This document shows, piece by piece, positions 1 to 12,330 of a stretch of DNA of 64,000 nucleotides. Position 1 is the first letter of the stretch. Every line of letters starts with the position of its first letter. The notes under the pieces were generated by a model. It did no database searches and had not been told where the DNA came from. It worked only from the letters and a program-made list of their open reading frames with translations. The stretch comes from Halocafeteria seosinensis (lineage: Eukaryota): the NCBI GenBank assembly GCA_001687465.1, contig LVLI01000231.1, positions 124,001-188,000 of the forward strand, in the 5' to 3' direction. The translations under genes and the position numbers were made by a program.

Positions 1-1557
1 CGCAACTTCTTTCTGCAAATCTGCAATACGCTCGTCAGTCTTCTTTCGCGTCTCACTAAGTTCGCGAATGTCGTCTTGGAGTTGTTGCCACCGGTTCGTA
101 AGCGAGGAGGCAGAAGATTGCAACTCTTGAGGCACAGATGACAGAAGTTCTTCGATTTTAAAAAGACATTCATCAATCGATTTCAGTTCGTTCTTTTGCT
201 CCAGTTCAAGTTTCTGTAGAGGGCTGGACACTACTTCATTGCCGCCATCTTCCTCTGACTCTCGTTCATTGCCTGTGGAGCCCGACAGGGCCTCGTCTTC
301 CTCGTCCGCTTTACCCGTACTCTTTATCGTATCCTCGCCTTCTACTTCCGATGCCTCCACCGTATACTCAGCCTGGGGCTCTTCGTTGGACTGACGAATG
401 TTCAATCCACTCAGGACACCGCCCTTTCCCTCATCTTCCTCTCCTTGGATCGGTTCATGCTCTTGTGTTGAATGGTTGGTAGCTTCTTCCCCGCTCGTGT
501 TCGCCGCTACAGGAGGACTATGTATTTTCAGTCCAGCAAGCACACCTTCTCCCCCTTCCTGCGCTTCATTCAACGGTGCTTCTTGCTCTTCGCTGTGATG
601 ACCACCCAAATCGCCTTCATTCTGCGTAGCTGATTCCTGACCAGCAAATCTATTCGTTTCCGTATCCATTCTTTGGCTGGACGCGACGGATCCGGTTTCC
701 AGATCGTCACCAGTTTTGGACCTGGCATACCCTACCAGCGGGCCACTCCTCTTTTTCTTTTTCTTAGCTTTTTGAATTGGAGGAAGAGACTGGTTCTGCG
801 ATTCAGATTCGTTACCTTTTATCTGTTCGGACCCTCTGTCGGATACACTAGGCGAAGCTCGCAAGAAAGAAAACGACGATGCATCCTTTGCTGAATCCGC
901 GTCGTGTTTGACGGAGTCACTCTTCCCATCGACTGAATTGGTTGGTTGATGTCCCTGGGAAGACGCACTTGCAGCTCCCCCTCCACCTAGAAAGCTAAAT
1001 CCCGAAACGCTTTCTGCTGTACCGTCATTGTGCGGTTCAGTTCCTCCTTGTTCAGCCGCAGCTGATCCACTATTGTTACCTCCCATACTGCATAATTGGG
1101 GTCCAATTCAAGAACGTTACAAAACTACTGCGGGGCGAGCATGTTGAGATGGCACTTACACGAATGAAAAACCACTAGCGGCTTCCGATTGCGACACTTC
1201 CGCAGCATTACCACCACCACTGGTGTTCGTGAAAGCAAAACCGCTAGGTCCTGCGCTTTGGTCTTCCGCAGAGGAGTCTGCATGACCTACCCCAAAGCCG
1301 GATGATCCTGGAAACCCGGCACTGCTGCCACTGGCAGTCTCTGAGGTAGTTTGTTGGGGTGCTTGATTACTGTTTCGAGCAACAGGGAGATCAAAGAATC
1401 CACCTCCGCTGCTACCACTTCTTGAGGAACTTTGTTGCCACTGATTTTGAGATTGTTGCTGCTGACTGGAGGGAATGACGGGAGCTGGCGGCCGTGAGAC
1501 CCGAGCATTATCGTTATTGCTCTTGCTACCTCCGAAAATTTTGTTTATAAAACTCAT
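1..1557 (-). CDS. Hypothetical low-complexity/coiled-coil protein, 3' end beyond the window start; exons 1557-1160 and 1087-<1
   Basis: ATG at 1557. GTAAGT..TGCAG intron 1159-1088 restores the frame (SFV-MGGNNSG). Repeated SGF(S/A)F motifs, a KKKKKR..VGYAR segment, then acidic and heptad-like sequence. Confidence 0.75.
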
Positions 1558-1927
1558 CCTCTTGGTTCATACATGCATGAACTAAAACAAAAACTTCATT
1601 GTCCACCCTTATACGGCAGACAGAAAGAAAACCACACCAGAGAGAAACAGCTTCCCTTGATAAACAAACAAATCGCATTCGTTTGCTACTCGTGTTACCA
1701 GTAGCAGGGCATTCGCTGTAAGTGAATGAATGAACTGAATCAATACACAGAAGATCCGGGCGCTCAGCCCGGATTTTTCAGGAATGTTGGCAGGTTTTTA
1801 CACGATAATGAATGCATGCACGTTGTTGATCACACAAGTCGAATGTGGAAAGAAAGATGGGAGAATTTCCTGATGGTCTATTCTAGTGTGATCGGTTCTC
1901 GATTTGAGGAAGCCAAAAGTGGAGGAC

Positions 1928-3764
1928 ATGCACCCGGCTCAACGCCACCAGAATACGGGTGGGGAAGGGTATAGTGCCCAAAATCGGTCCAATACAAGAC
2001 GATATAGTGGTGAAGAAGGCAATAACAGGTCCGGTATTGACTATAATGTCGATCCGCGGCAGAGTACGGAAAAATTATGGCATGAGATTGAGAATATAGA
2101 TTCGCAAGTGAAGGAGCTGGGCGTGGAATTACCGCCATCCTCGTCTGCATTCAGTTTGAGGAGTGAATCTAATTCAACCACTGGGAGAAACAATACGTCT
2201 CAGTCACGAGAACGTGATGCACCATCCGCTCCCGAACACGGTCATGGTGGCAACCGTCCCTACGAGGTCGGACACCAAAAGCAGCATCCATCTGCGAAGC
2301 CGCCACCGAGCTCGAACGTTGGACACTTTGCGAGACCTACACAAGCTTCGAAGCAAAGATTCGACAGGAGCAAACCCGACCCGGCAGAAAACATGGCTCC
2401 GACATTCGGTCCTCCGACAGCGAGTACCACAAGGAGTAACGCGAGAGGCAAGGGGGGCAATCGCCAGAACGAGTTTTTCCTTGCCCAAAAAACTCGGGGA
2501 GACGAGGGAGGGAAGAGACAGCAACGACAACGTAGCCACGAAGATGCCCACCCTCCCTCTAGAAATATGAAGAATACAATACCGAAGAAACCACCGTCTC
2601 CAAAGAATAAGAACCAGAGTGCTTTAATTTCTGAAATGGTTCACCGTGTTCATTCCGACTATTCGGCCAAGATAGAAGCCCAAAATCAGGTAAGCGAACA
2701 CAACGCAATAGTTGCTTTGACTGCTGGAAATCATCTTGAACGCACTGCTTCCTCAGACGTTGTTGCATGAACTTAGTAGAATCAAGGCGTCTTTGGGTGA
2801 CAACTCAGCGGCGGCATCAAGCGCAGCTTCTTTAGCACAAAAGGTATGCTAGACAATACTCCTCGTTCTTCTTCTTTATGCCGACATACTGAAAACTACT
2901 AATGTGCAGGTTGAAGACATTAGGATGGACAACCAATTGAAAGATGAGACAATCAAACAGCTCCGCGAAGAAGTCTCATTGCTTCGGGACTCCTCGGGCC
3001 AAGGGTAAGTGTCGAGGATTACACCTTCATATTGCTTGATCTCGTCATTGGCCTTCCAACTTGCGACTGCAGCAATAGTCATTCCTCCTCAATTAACGAG
3101 TACAAAGTAAGGAAGAATGGAAGTCGTGATTTTCCTTAACTCCAACATACATTACGGTAATCTGCAGGAACTGCTACAAAAAGAACGGGAGAAGACCGCA
3201 ACCCGGGAAGAAGAAATATCCCGAATGAAGGGCATCTGGAAAGAGGTAGTTGAGGGGTTGAAAGACGAAAACTCTCAGCTTCGCGCAAGATTGGAAAAAC
3301 TAGGAGAGGAGATACCAACGCACGATACCGATTCTGCGGCGGATACCTCTGCGCCCCTTACACACACGACAGTAGTATCTCATGCTGTCGAGGCGGATAC
3401 ACAGACGACAGCGACTGCCAATCAAGATGCACGAAGACTGCCCTTAGACAAACGACCTCCAAGGCGTCCCCCGCCGGCTCCTAGGTCTACTCGATCTGAA
3501 GTATCGCACGCTAATGGGGAATACGAATATCCACGTACATCTGATGCAACTCTTCAAACACAGAGGACATCAGAGTCTAATAACATCGCTTCATCTGCAA
3601 ACTGGAAAACAAGGTCATCTGGACATACGGGCGCAATTGATATGTCCAGATTGAAGAGCAATGGACGTACTGATGTGCTGCAGAAAGTTCGAAACATTCG
3701 GGCATCAATCCGGAACCCGGGCGCAACCACGAGTGATACGCAAGAAGCATACTCGCACTATTAA
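1928..3764 (+). CDS. Hypothetical disordered/coiled-coil protein, multi-exon
   Basis: ORFs 1904-2770 and 3117-3764 can be joined by short GT-AG introns (donors near 2690, 2843, 3005, 3106). First in-frame ATG is at 1928. No family recognised. Confidence 0.6.
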
Positions 3765-3815
3765 TAGCAGTACGGCTACATTCGATGACGTCCGTTCTCC
3801 ATCGTTCTAGAGAGA

Positions 3816-6500
3816 TCATTGACCCGCAAGTACCCGCAGATACTCAGGAGGAATCTCGTCGTGTTGAAACGCCCGCCCCAGCAGCTGATACATACTCGAA
3901 CTACCTCGGGAGTTAGTTATGTCGGGCAAGCCTCGTGATATCTTCCTCCTGAGCGGAGTATCGAACCTTATCGCTTTAAAAAATGCAACATCACTAATTG
4001 TCTTATCGCTGCTCTGAGAACTAGATACACCTTTCTCTTGTTCATAGGTCGTTGCCAGTTGCGATTCAGCTTCATCATTCTCAAATTTCGCGTCTATCAT
4101 TGACTCATCTTTGAAGAGAAACGCGGCCTCAGTTTGAGCCTCAGCGTCAAGGCTCTTATCCACATTTGCCATTTCACCCTTGTCGGAGTCGGTGAAAGAA
4201 GGTTTTCTGTTTCGTCGCTCCGTCAGTCTACTGTAGGGATTACCAAAGTGGATCCATCCCCTCTCCAATTCCGTCGTGGCCGTGTCATCAAAGTTGTTGG
4301 GATCTCGCAGCCGTTTCCGAGATGCCAAACGGGGAATATAATTGCTCATTTCGTGCATAGGGACCATATGCTCCTCATCGACCCCCTCTTGGGAATCAGC
4401 AGGATGCAGCAGATGCCAGTCCTGCTTCCGCTGCTTGCCTCCTATGGTCTGCTGGGGAGCCGCAGTCGAGACATGATATTTGGCGAAAGGGTGAACCGCC
4501 TCCCATTGCTTCACATGGCTGCTACGAGAACTCATGGAACCTACTGATGAAGCGTCAGATACACCTTGTTGAGTTGTTTCCTGCGCGTTCTCGGCTTGAC
4601 CTTGCTCTATCGCAGCGGATTTCATGCATGATTCTGCAGACGCGAATACCTTGCGATACCCCGCTTTATTCTCTGTATCAACATATCTGTCAAGGCTGTA
4701 CTTCTTGAGACCATTGGCTAGGAATTTGCGATAGTACGACGGAACACTCTGAACATATTCACGAAAACTTTCCATCCACCCCATCGGTAGCTCATTCCTC
4801 TCTACTAGGGAACGAACAAACTGGGAGCCAGCACTGGAAAGAGATTCATTGTAAGGACGGACAAGTCGTAAGAGCAGCGAAAACAGCCACGGAAAATTCC
4901 AAGGGAGAATCAGCATCATTACCGTAATCCCCTGGGAAGTTGGGGAGTCCTGAGTTTTATGCCGAATCACAGGATCTTCACTCACACAAATAACACCGAA
5001 GGGAACATTAGAACCCTCAGACGAGGAATAAGACTTCACTGACCATAGGGTACTACGGTCTGTAGCCCCTTCTTTCACTTTCTGGGTGTGTAAATCGACC
5101 ATTTTATCCGTAAGCGCACTCCTTTGCAGGTCGTAGCCATCGAACGGAAACTGAAGGTCTCTAGTGGCAACTTTTATAGCCTCAGACGCACTGACAAGAC
5201 TCTGTGGCTCGCAGTCGACATACAACAGAGGATGCGAACTTCGTCGAAGCACGCCTGACTCGTTGAACTCTTCAGGTATGGGCCAGTACGACGTCCCAGA
5301 GAAACGGGCATACACCTGCTTTCTCAGTACTTTTAGTGAATTGTCCGAGGATATCTCGGAAACGAAGGAAACTAACGGACCAAATTGTGTTTTAGATGAA
5401 AGCTTGGTGGCAATTTTCGACAACGTCTTACATGCGTTGGTCATCGATTCAGCTATGTGAAAGTATCCTCCAGTGGCCCGCGATAAAGCTGGCAGGGACA
5501 AGTTTCTGAGTTTGTTCCATGGTATGTTTACTTCTGCCAGCCTTTTAGCCTCATAGGCTTCATCGTCGACCATAATTACACTATACAGTCGATGATCCCA
5601 TCTGTGACAGCACTTGCTTAGGCCCATACCTTGCTTCAGGTAGTGCCTGTCAGACTTAGACAATGAAGCTGTCAAAGGGCTGTAATCTATAAAACTCCTT
5701 ACATGACTTGAGTCCAATGTCAGTTCGCCATGTACAGAAGAAGGTCCGTGTGCCTGGGAACTCCTCGGTTGATCCAAATATTGACTCATCTCTTGTACAA
5801 GAGAAGCTTCTTCCTTCGAGTCTAAACGTTTTGTAAAGAAATTATCAAGTCCAGGAGAGCTTTTAGATGGGCGATTCCCTTTGAAATAGGAATCAGATAG
5901 CACAAGCACAACTCCGGGCTGGAACGTTCGACCGGACTTTGAGGGATGCCAACCTCTTCCAAAATGGTCAACTCCAACCGCTAGGCGGGCCAAAGACAAC
6001 AAACCGAATGCGTGTACTATGGCGCTACGCATACTTGCTCCTGTGTCCACTTGTAGCTGGCGTACGGCGTGCGTGAACATGGATTGTGGATGCTGCCAGC
6101 CTACCACGACGTGGCTTGAAGGATCCACAGGGCTTTCAAGTGATTCCAGTCCACCATTATGGTTTTGTACATCCTTACCAACTGCTTCCTTTAACTTCGG
6201 CTGGGTTCCTGATTTAACGAGCAGATAGACATCTTCGTCTTCAGAATTCCTAAGTCCAAACGACGTCAGTGATCGTTTCGGCTGCTTCTTGGTGAAGATA
6301 TCATTCCCTCCAGTTTCGCCTCCCATACTCGTCCCCAAAGCCACTGACGGGTTATTGAGCTTCTGTCTGGAGCGCACAAACTGCTCTACAGCTGCCTTCG
6401 CGGCATCCAATCGTGAGACACCTTGCTGACCATGGCTATTCTCCAAGCAGAACTTACGAGCCATAGAAGGCGAAGTATCCACCACGAACACAAACAGCAT
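3816..6500 (-). CDS. INTS6: Integrator complex subunit 6-like (N-terminal VWA domain), apparently intronless
   Basis: MLFVFVVDTSPSM..RLDAAKAAVEQF, ARLAVGVDHFGRGW, RWDHRL, YWPIPE, MSNY..LRDP..HFGNPY all match recalled INTS6 motifs. ATG at 6500. Confidence 0.85.
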   Translation of the reverse strand: MLFVFVVDTSPSMARKFCLENSHGQQGVSRLDAAKAAVEQFVRSRQKLNNPSVALGTSMGGETGGNDIFTKKQPKRSLTSFGLRNSEDEDVYLLVKSGTQPKLKEAVGKDVQNHNGGLESLESPVDPSSHVVVGWQHPQSMFTHAVRQLQVDTGASMRSAIVHAFGLLSLARLAVGVDHFGRGWHPSKSGRTFQPGVVLVLSDSYFKGNRPSKSSPGLDNFFTKRLDSKEEASLVQEMSQYLDQPRSSQAHGPSSVHGELTLDSSHVRSFIDYSPLTASLSKSDRHYLKQGMGLSKCCHRWDHRLYSVIMVDDEAYEAKRLAEVNIPWNKLRNLSLPALSRATGGYFHIAESMTNACKTLSKIATKLSSKTQFGPLVSFVSEISSDNSLKVLRKQVYARFSGTSYWPIPEEFNESGVLRRSSHPLLYVDCEPQSLVSASEAIKVATRDLQFPFDGYDLQRSALTDKMVDLHTQKVKEGATDRSTLWSVKSYSSSEGSNVPFGVICVSEDPVIRHKTQDSPTSQGITVMMLILPWNFPWLFSLLLRLVRPYNESLSSAGSQFVRSLVERNELPMGWMESFREYVQSVPSYYRKFLANGLKKYSLDRYVDTENKAGYRKVFASAESCMKSAAIEQGQAENAQETTQQGVSDASSVGSMSSRSSHVKQWEAVHPFAKYHVSTAAPQQTIGGKQRKQDWHLLHPADSQEGVDEEHMVPMHEMSNYIPRLASRKRLRDPNNFDDTATTELERGWIHFGNPYSRLTERRNRKPSFTDSDKGEMANVDKSLDAEAQTEAAFLFKDESMIDAKFENDEAESQLATTYEQEKGVSSSQSSDKTISDVAFFKAIRFDTPLRRKISRGLPDITNSRGSSSMYQLLGRAFQHDEIPPEYLRVLAGQ

Positions 6501-6847
6501 TCTATTCGCCACATACACACCCTCACACAAAATTACACTTTGGTATTTATTTATGAAGCAGATGAACTATCCCGGCACTTCCAGCAAATCTTGCACCACA
6601 AAGCAACAATCTTATCTGATTCTTTCAACCCAAATCATCGTGCCTTTCTCTGTCATCCATTTAAGCCAATAGGCCGTGGATAGAGTAAGTTGAGCGTCGT
6701 ACATTGATAGAATGCTGTCTTACGTAGTGGTGTGGCTTCCTATACACGCGATATAAAGCTTGCTTGAAGAGCATTGAGACCGAGGGACTTCCTGGTGGCA
6801 GATCTTGGATACTCATTTTCTTCTATTGACACACGAAACAGGTGAAA

Positions 6848-8371
6848 ATGGATAAAAAGGCATTGTTTGGAGACTCTGATGGCGATAGCTCCAGCGATGA
6901 TAGCGGGGACAACTTTCGACCAAAACCAGCGGCAAGCAATACTGCCACAGCTGCGGATACGACCGCAACTAGCAAGGACCCCAAGAAGGAGTTATTAGGA
7001 GACTCAGATGGAGATTCTGATGATGCAAACGCACCAGCTACTGCCACGGGTACCGGTTCAAGTGCTCCTAAAGAGGAGGAGGAAGAGGATAAAGTAGCAG
7101 AAGAGACGAAGCCTACCCCATCTCCAGCCACGGGTGCCGGCTCTAGTGCTGCTAAAGAGGAGGAGGCAGAAAAGAAATCTGCCTCATCTCTTGCTTCCAA
7201 GGAGCCTCAATCGCTGCCAGAATTTACTGAAAAAGAGCGCGTCGCTATGAAACTGCTGGAGCAAACACCTCCCGGACAGCTCGACGAAGTTATATCAGGT
7301 ACGTCTCACTCGATTGGCAGGCAATCGCCAAGGTTGTGAGTACTGTTAGTTCGTATGCAGATCTGAAAAAGTTGCTACCCTCGGTATCGGAACCTGCTAT
7401 TAGAGACGCCTGCAATAGGTATGCCGCGAAGAGCTTTGAAGTGGTTCCGCTGCCTGCAGATAATAAACACAGCGTAAGTGGAAGGCGGATATTGGCCAAG
7501 GGATATTTACCTTCTTAAACTATGTCAAATGTGCCATTTTTGTCAGCTGCTGTTGTCGGAAGATAACTGCATACCTCAAAGTGCTCTAAGCATGGTTTAT
7601 GTTAGCTCCGCAACGAAGAAAGCCTATTCAGTAGATGCAGTGACGAAGGTAATAGTGCGGCTTGCTTTTTCTTTCTGTACTTTTCAAAAGGGCGTATACC
7701 GTACCAACGTTTACAGGAAGTTACACCCTGCGACACTGGCTGCGACAAGTTCTTTCAAGACAATCTGGAGGAACTCCGATCGGCTGTACATTCTTGCTTA
7801 TCGCATTCCCTCTCAGCAAAGTACCAGGAGAAGAATGAATCGTAAGTTCGGTTTAGGCAATTGCTTTCCATGCTTTGCAACCGTGAATTATGAATTATGT
7901 TTTGTGTGCAGGAACCGTCGCGCTGGATACGAAGTATTCGCTAAACAGGATAGCCTGGTCATAACGTTATCTTCTCATCGACATTTCTTAAAGAATTATT
8001 GGGCGGGAAGATGGACGTCTCGATGGATAATAGAGAGCCCCACATCTGAGCCGAAGCTTAGTGGCAAGTCTCAGCTATTAACGCACTATTTTGAAAATGG
8101 GAATGTGCAAATGCATTCGTCAAAGGAGCATTCCTTGAAACTCGATAACGTCTCCAGCAAAAGTGTCAAAGACATTGCTCAGCAGATTGTCACAGGTATT
8201 GAACAGTTGGAGGATAAATACCAACAAGCTCTCGAAGAAAAGTATGAGAACATTGGATCTCAAGCTTTGAAAGATCTTAGAAGAGCCCTCCCTGTTTCGG
8301 GTCAGAAGATGAGTTGGAACGTCCGCGACCACCAGGTGAAGCGTCTGCTCCAAAAGAAGGGCAAGAGCTAG
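6848..8371 (+). CDS. CAPZA: F-actin capping protein alpha subunit with ~120-aa acidic N-terminal extension; 4 introns
   Basis: EKERVAMKLLEQTPPGQLDEV, NYWAGRWTSRW, HYFENGNVQM, KDLRRALPVSGQKMSW. Introns about 7299-7360, 7474-7546, 7649-7716, 7843-7911. Confidence 0.9.
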
Positions 8372-8507
8372 GGTCTGGTTGTGGATCTCATATAATGACA
8401 TAGAGAAACTACGCACGTCCAGATATACAAAATAAATAACGTTGAAATCCTGGTGTATCTTTCGTTGTCCCGTTGCTCATACGGTATACTTCCGTCTGAA
8501 CAATTAA

Positions 8508-8520
8508 CGCGCGCGCGCGC
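8508..8520. repeat. (CG)6 alternating run upstream of kinesin-14
   Basis: CGCGCGCGCGCGC read directly, about 117 bp before ATG 8637. Confidence 0.8.
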
Positions 8521-8636
8521 TGCCAGTGCTTGTGAAGCTCCAGCGTTGAAGGCGTTTAGTGGGGACAAATTAGTCCCATATTGTGTTGATTTCGGTCCAA
8601 TAGTCGATAGAGAGTAGAGTATTCCATCCCGGAGCA

Positions 8637-11600
8637 ATGCCGACTATGAATGGGATGGGCAGTAGCCGTACGTTGCGGTCTAGAACGAATGAACCATTAA
8701 ATGAGAGCGCTAGCTCGACGGGCCTCAAGAAGCCAGGATTCAGCGCTCGACCCCCTCCAGCCCAAGGCTCTACAAGCGGCTCCCATGGCAATACTGGAAC
8801 CCCCAATCGCAACAATGCGATTATGTATTCTCCTCCTCGTACTCGAGGAGCAGGAGGTAGTAGAAACCGAAGCGGTACTGGGAAAACCCCGAATAACAGG
8901 GTTGTGAATATCACATCTCCCAGCCGGCCGTTAAGGAGTGGCAAGAGAGGCCTGGAGGAGGACGACGAGGAGGAAGCAGAAGAATTCATGAACTGCGATG
9001 ACCTGGAATTAGATTTAAGCGTGTACGATAAGGTTGAGTACCACCTTTGCCAAGGTCTAAGCGAAGAATGGGGACAGTCTTACAAAAAAGTTATCACTAT
9101 CCCAAAAAGGTTACCCGAAAAATGCAAATGGAATCCCACAGTAAGCGATGACTTCTCATATCTGAAAATTCTGAAAAATTGGATGATTCGGTTTTGTTTT
9201 GTGCTGAATACTTGCAGGAGAAGCAAAGATGGTTCCAGGAGAAACTTGACCGGTCACGCAAAGTGATCCAGGATTTTGTTGCTCGAAGAGACAACCTTTT
9301 GAAGAGTGCCCAGGAACTGGATCAAGCAGCGGCCAGGCAAGTTCAGGATCTTAGGAAGAGATCCCAAACACTGCGTGAGAGAGAAGCTTCCTTGGAGAAA
9401 GAGAAACACTCTTTAGAAGGAAAGATTGATAACCTCAGTGAAAAAGTACGGGAACTCACTACCGCGAAAGCGGATTTGGAAGATATGCTCGAAAAAGAGC
9501 GAAACGCGAGAACGGAGACCGCCACAAAACTGGAGTGTGAAGAAGCAGAAAAGCAGGACGCAGAAGAGCAACTCCAGGAAGCCAAAAAAAACATATCCAA
9601 TCTAAACAGTCAAATCTCGGACATGGAACGAAAAATAAAACATCTCACGGACGAAAAAGATTCTGCCGTTGACCAGCTAGCCAATGTTCAGAACGAGCAG
9701 TCAGAGAAACTGCGAAGCGAACGTAAAGCCATGGATGACCGCCTCCAACAAATGACGGAAGAACATAATAAAAATGTGGCTGAACTACGTCAGCAAGTCG
9801 AACAACTTCAAAGTGAACTTAACGAAAAGAAGAGCAAACTTGCTGAGAGTGAGAGCCAGCTTTCCGACTACCAGAACAAAGTTCGGGAATATGAAAATGA
9901 GGTGAGCAGGGTTACGCATGAGAAGAACACTGCTGAGCAGTCCAAGAGTGAACTCCAAAAAGAAGTGACAGATCTTCGTGAGCAAATACGTAAGTATATA
10001 CATACGACTAAGTACGAGACGTTTTGATACCCATCACATGTTTACCCTTCCGGAGATACAGAGCAACGCGATAACCACGTGTCCTCGGCAATGGCTTCAA
10101 TAACGAAAATGCAAGAAACAACATACGCTAGAGAACAGCAGTTGCAGGAACAAAATACAAAGCTAAATACGAGGCTGCAGGAGCTTCAGAACGAAAGGGA
10201 TGAACTCAAATCCTCTGAAACAAAACTTTTAGGGGATTTACGCGAGAAAGAGACCAATATAAAAGAACTTAGCGGCGAGTTGGAAAAAGTCAAACAGTCT
10301 CTTTCGGAGACACAGTCATACTTGATGAGTCAACAGTCAGAGTTAGCAGACGTCAAGAAAAAGCTGGAAGAACGAGACGAAGAAGTCAGTAGTCTCAAGA
10401 AGAAGATCGAACAAGATTCGTATGAATACGAAGAGAAAATCGGACACTTTCGGTATAGAGCGGAAGAAGCTGAAAAGCGTGTGAAAGAACTAGAGAAACA
10501 CGAAAAAGAACTCAAGGAGACCAAAGAGGATATTGAGAAAGAGAAAAATGAAGCCAAACAGGAAGCAAAAGAGTATAAGGACAAGACAGGTGCTTTAGAA
10601 GCAGAGCTTCATGCAGTAAAAGAAAGCCTGGGAGCGACCAAAGAAGCTCAAATGGAAAAGCTATGTGAAGTGACTAGGGAAGCAGATAATTTGAGAAGGA
10701 AGGTATCCACCATGTCTGAGCTACACGAGAAGTTGGATGCGGCGGAAGAAAGGTAAGTTTGTTAGTCCAGAAGACTACATGGCGACATCATGAGCTTTCA
10801 AATTGACCTATACTTTTTTGCCAGGGCCCAAAAACTGGAACAGGATTTGTTCGAGGGGGAGATGCAAAGAAGGAAATTACACAATTACGTTCAGGATCTG
10901 CGAGGAAATATCCGTGTTTGTGTACGTGTCAGACCATTTCTGCAGCAAGATGCTTCATCGGAGGCCGCCTTGGAGGATTTGACTCCCGCTGTAGACTGTA
11001 GCGTCGATGGGAATTCGTTAACTCTACTGGAAGTACCCACACGCGGTTGTAAGGAAAAGATTAGCGAAAAAGAGGGTTCGACCATGGACTTTTCTTTCGA
11101 CAACGTTTTTAGTCCCGAAGCCACTCAAAAAGATGTATTCAACGAAGTTTCGGAGCTTGTACAGAGCGCGCTAGATGGTTTCAATGTTTGTCTTTTTTCC
11201 TATGGGCAAACAGGCTCGGGGAAAACGTACACTATGCAAGGATCCGGATCAGGAGAGGAGGCTGGTTTAATACCTCAAAGCGTGCTGCAAATACTCGAAA
11301 CAATAAGGAAACTGAGGAGGCAAGGGTGGAACTATACCCTCGAGGCTTCGTTCCTTGAAATTTATAATGAAAATCTTCGGGACTTATTGTCAGACGATCC
11401 TAACGGATCTACGACGCTATCCATCATTCATCAAGAGGACAGAACAGATGTTCTCGGACTGGAAAAGATCCCTATCTCTACAGCATCCGAAGTTAGGGAT
11501 TTGTTACACAAAGCAGCGCGAAACCGTTCCACTGGGAGGACTAATATGAACGAGTTATCGTCGAGAAGCCATAGTGTCTTCACGTTATATTTACGAGGCG

Positions 11601-12211
11601 AGCACGAACAAAAAGGAATATGCGTTAATGGCAATCTTAATCTTTGTGATCTAGCAGGATCCGAACGGTTGGACCGGTCTGGAGCAGAAGGGCAGCGGTT
11701 GAAAGAGACGCAAAACATCAACAAGAGTTTGAGTTGTCTGGCGGACGTATTCACTTCTCTTGCGAAGAACAGCCAGCATGTGCCGTTCCGTAACTCAAAA
11801 CTTACATATTTACTACAACCTTGTTTCAAGGGCAACGGCAAAACAATGATGCTTGTCAATGTTAGCCCAACTGTTGCGTCTGCCAGTGAGACTCTTTGCT
11901 CACTTCGATTCGCCAGCCAAGTTTCGCAAGTCCATTTAGGCCAAGCGAAGAAGAGAATCGCATCTACTGTCGTGCCTGGTACCGAAGACCACAATCAAAA
12001 CGATGCAAAAACCAAAACTACGAGCTCCTCTGTAGCGTCTAAGTCCCGCAAGTACGCAACAATCGGTTCATCCAAACCAACTACTCCCCGGAACTCGCTC
12101 AAAACCCCTGGTAAGAGAGGTCTATCAAAGAAAGGAAGTGCCTCCCTCACCAAACCTACAATGTCGACCCAACCCAAGACCCCTTCATCAGTAAAGCGGC
12201 AGCGTACTTGA
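8637..12211 (+). CDS. Kinesin-14 family motor (long coiled coil, C-terminal motor; KIFC1/Kar3-like)
   Basis: Neck RRKLHNYVQDLRGNIRV, P-loop GQTGSGKT, switch motifs SSRSH and DLAGSE, HVPFRNSKLT. Introns about 9141-9217, 9990-10061, 10753-10824. Confidence 0.93.
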
Positions 12212-12330
12212 GCGCCCATATCGATATCGTCGAAAATGAGCCGCAACTGAAAATAACTACTTGGTACCCAATATTCCTTCGGTAGTATTCTAGATAACTT
12301 ATTAGCCCATCCGTCTCGAACACATTGCCC

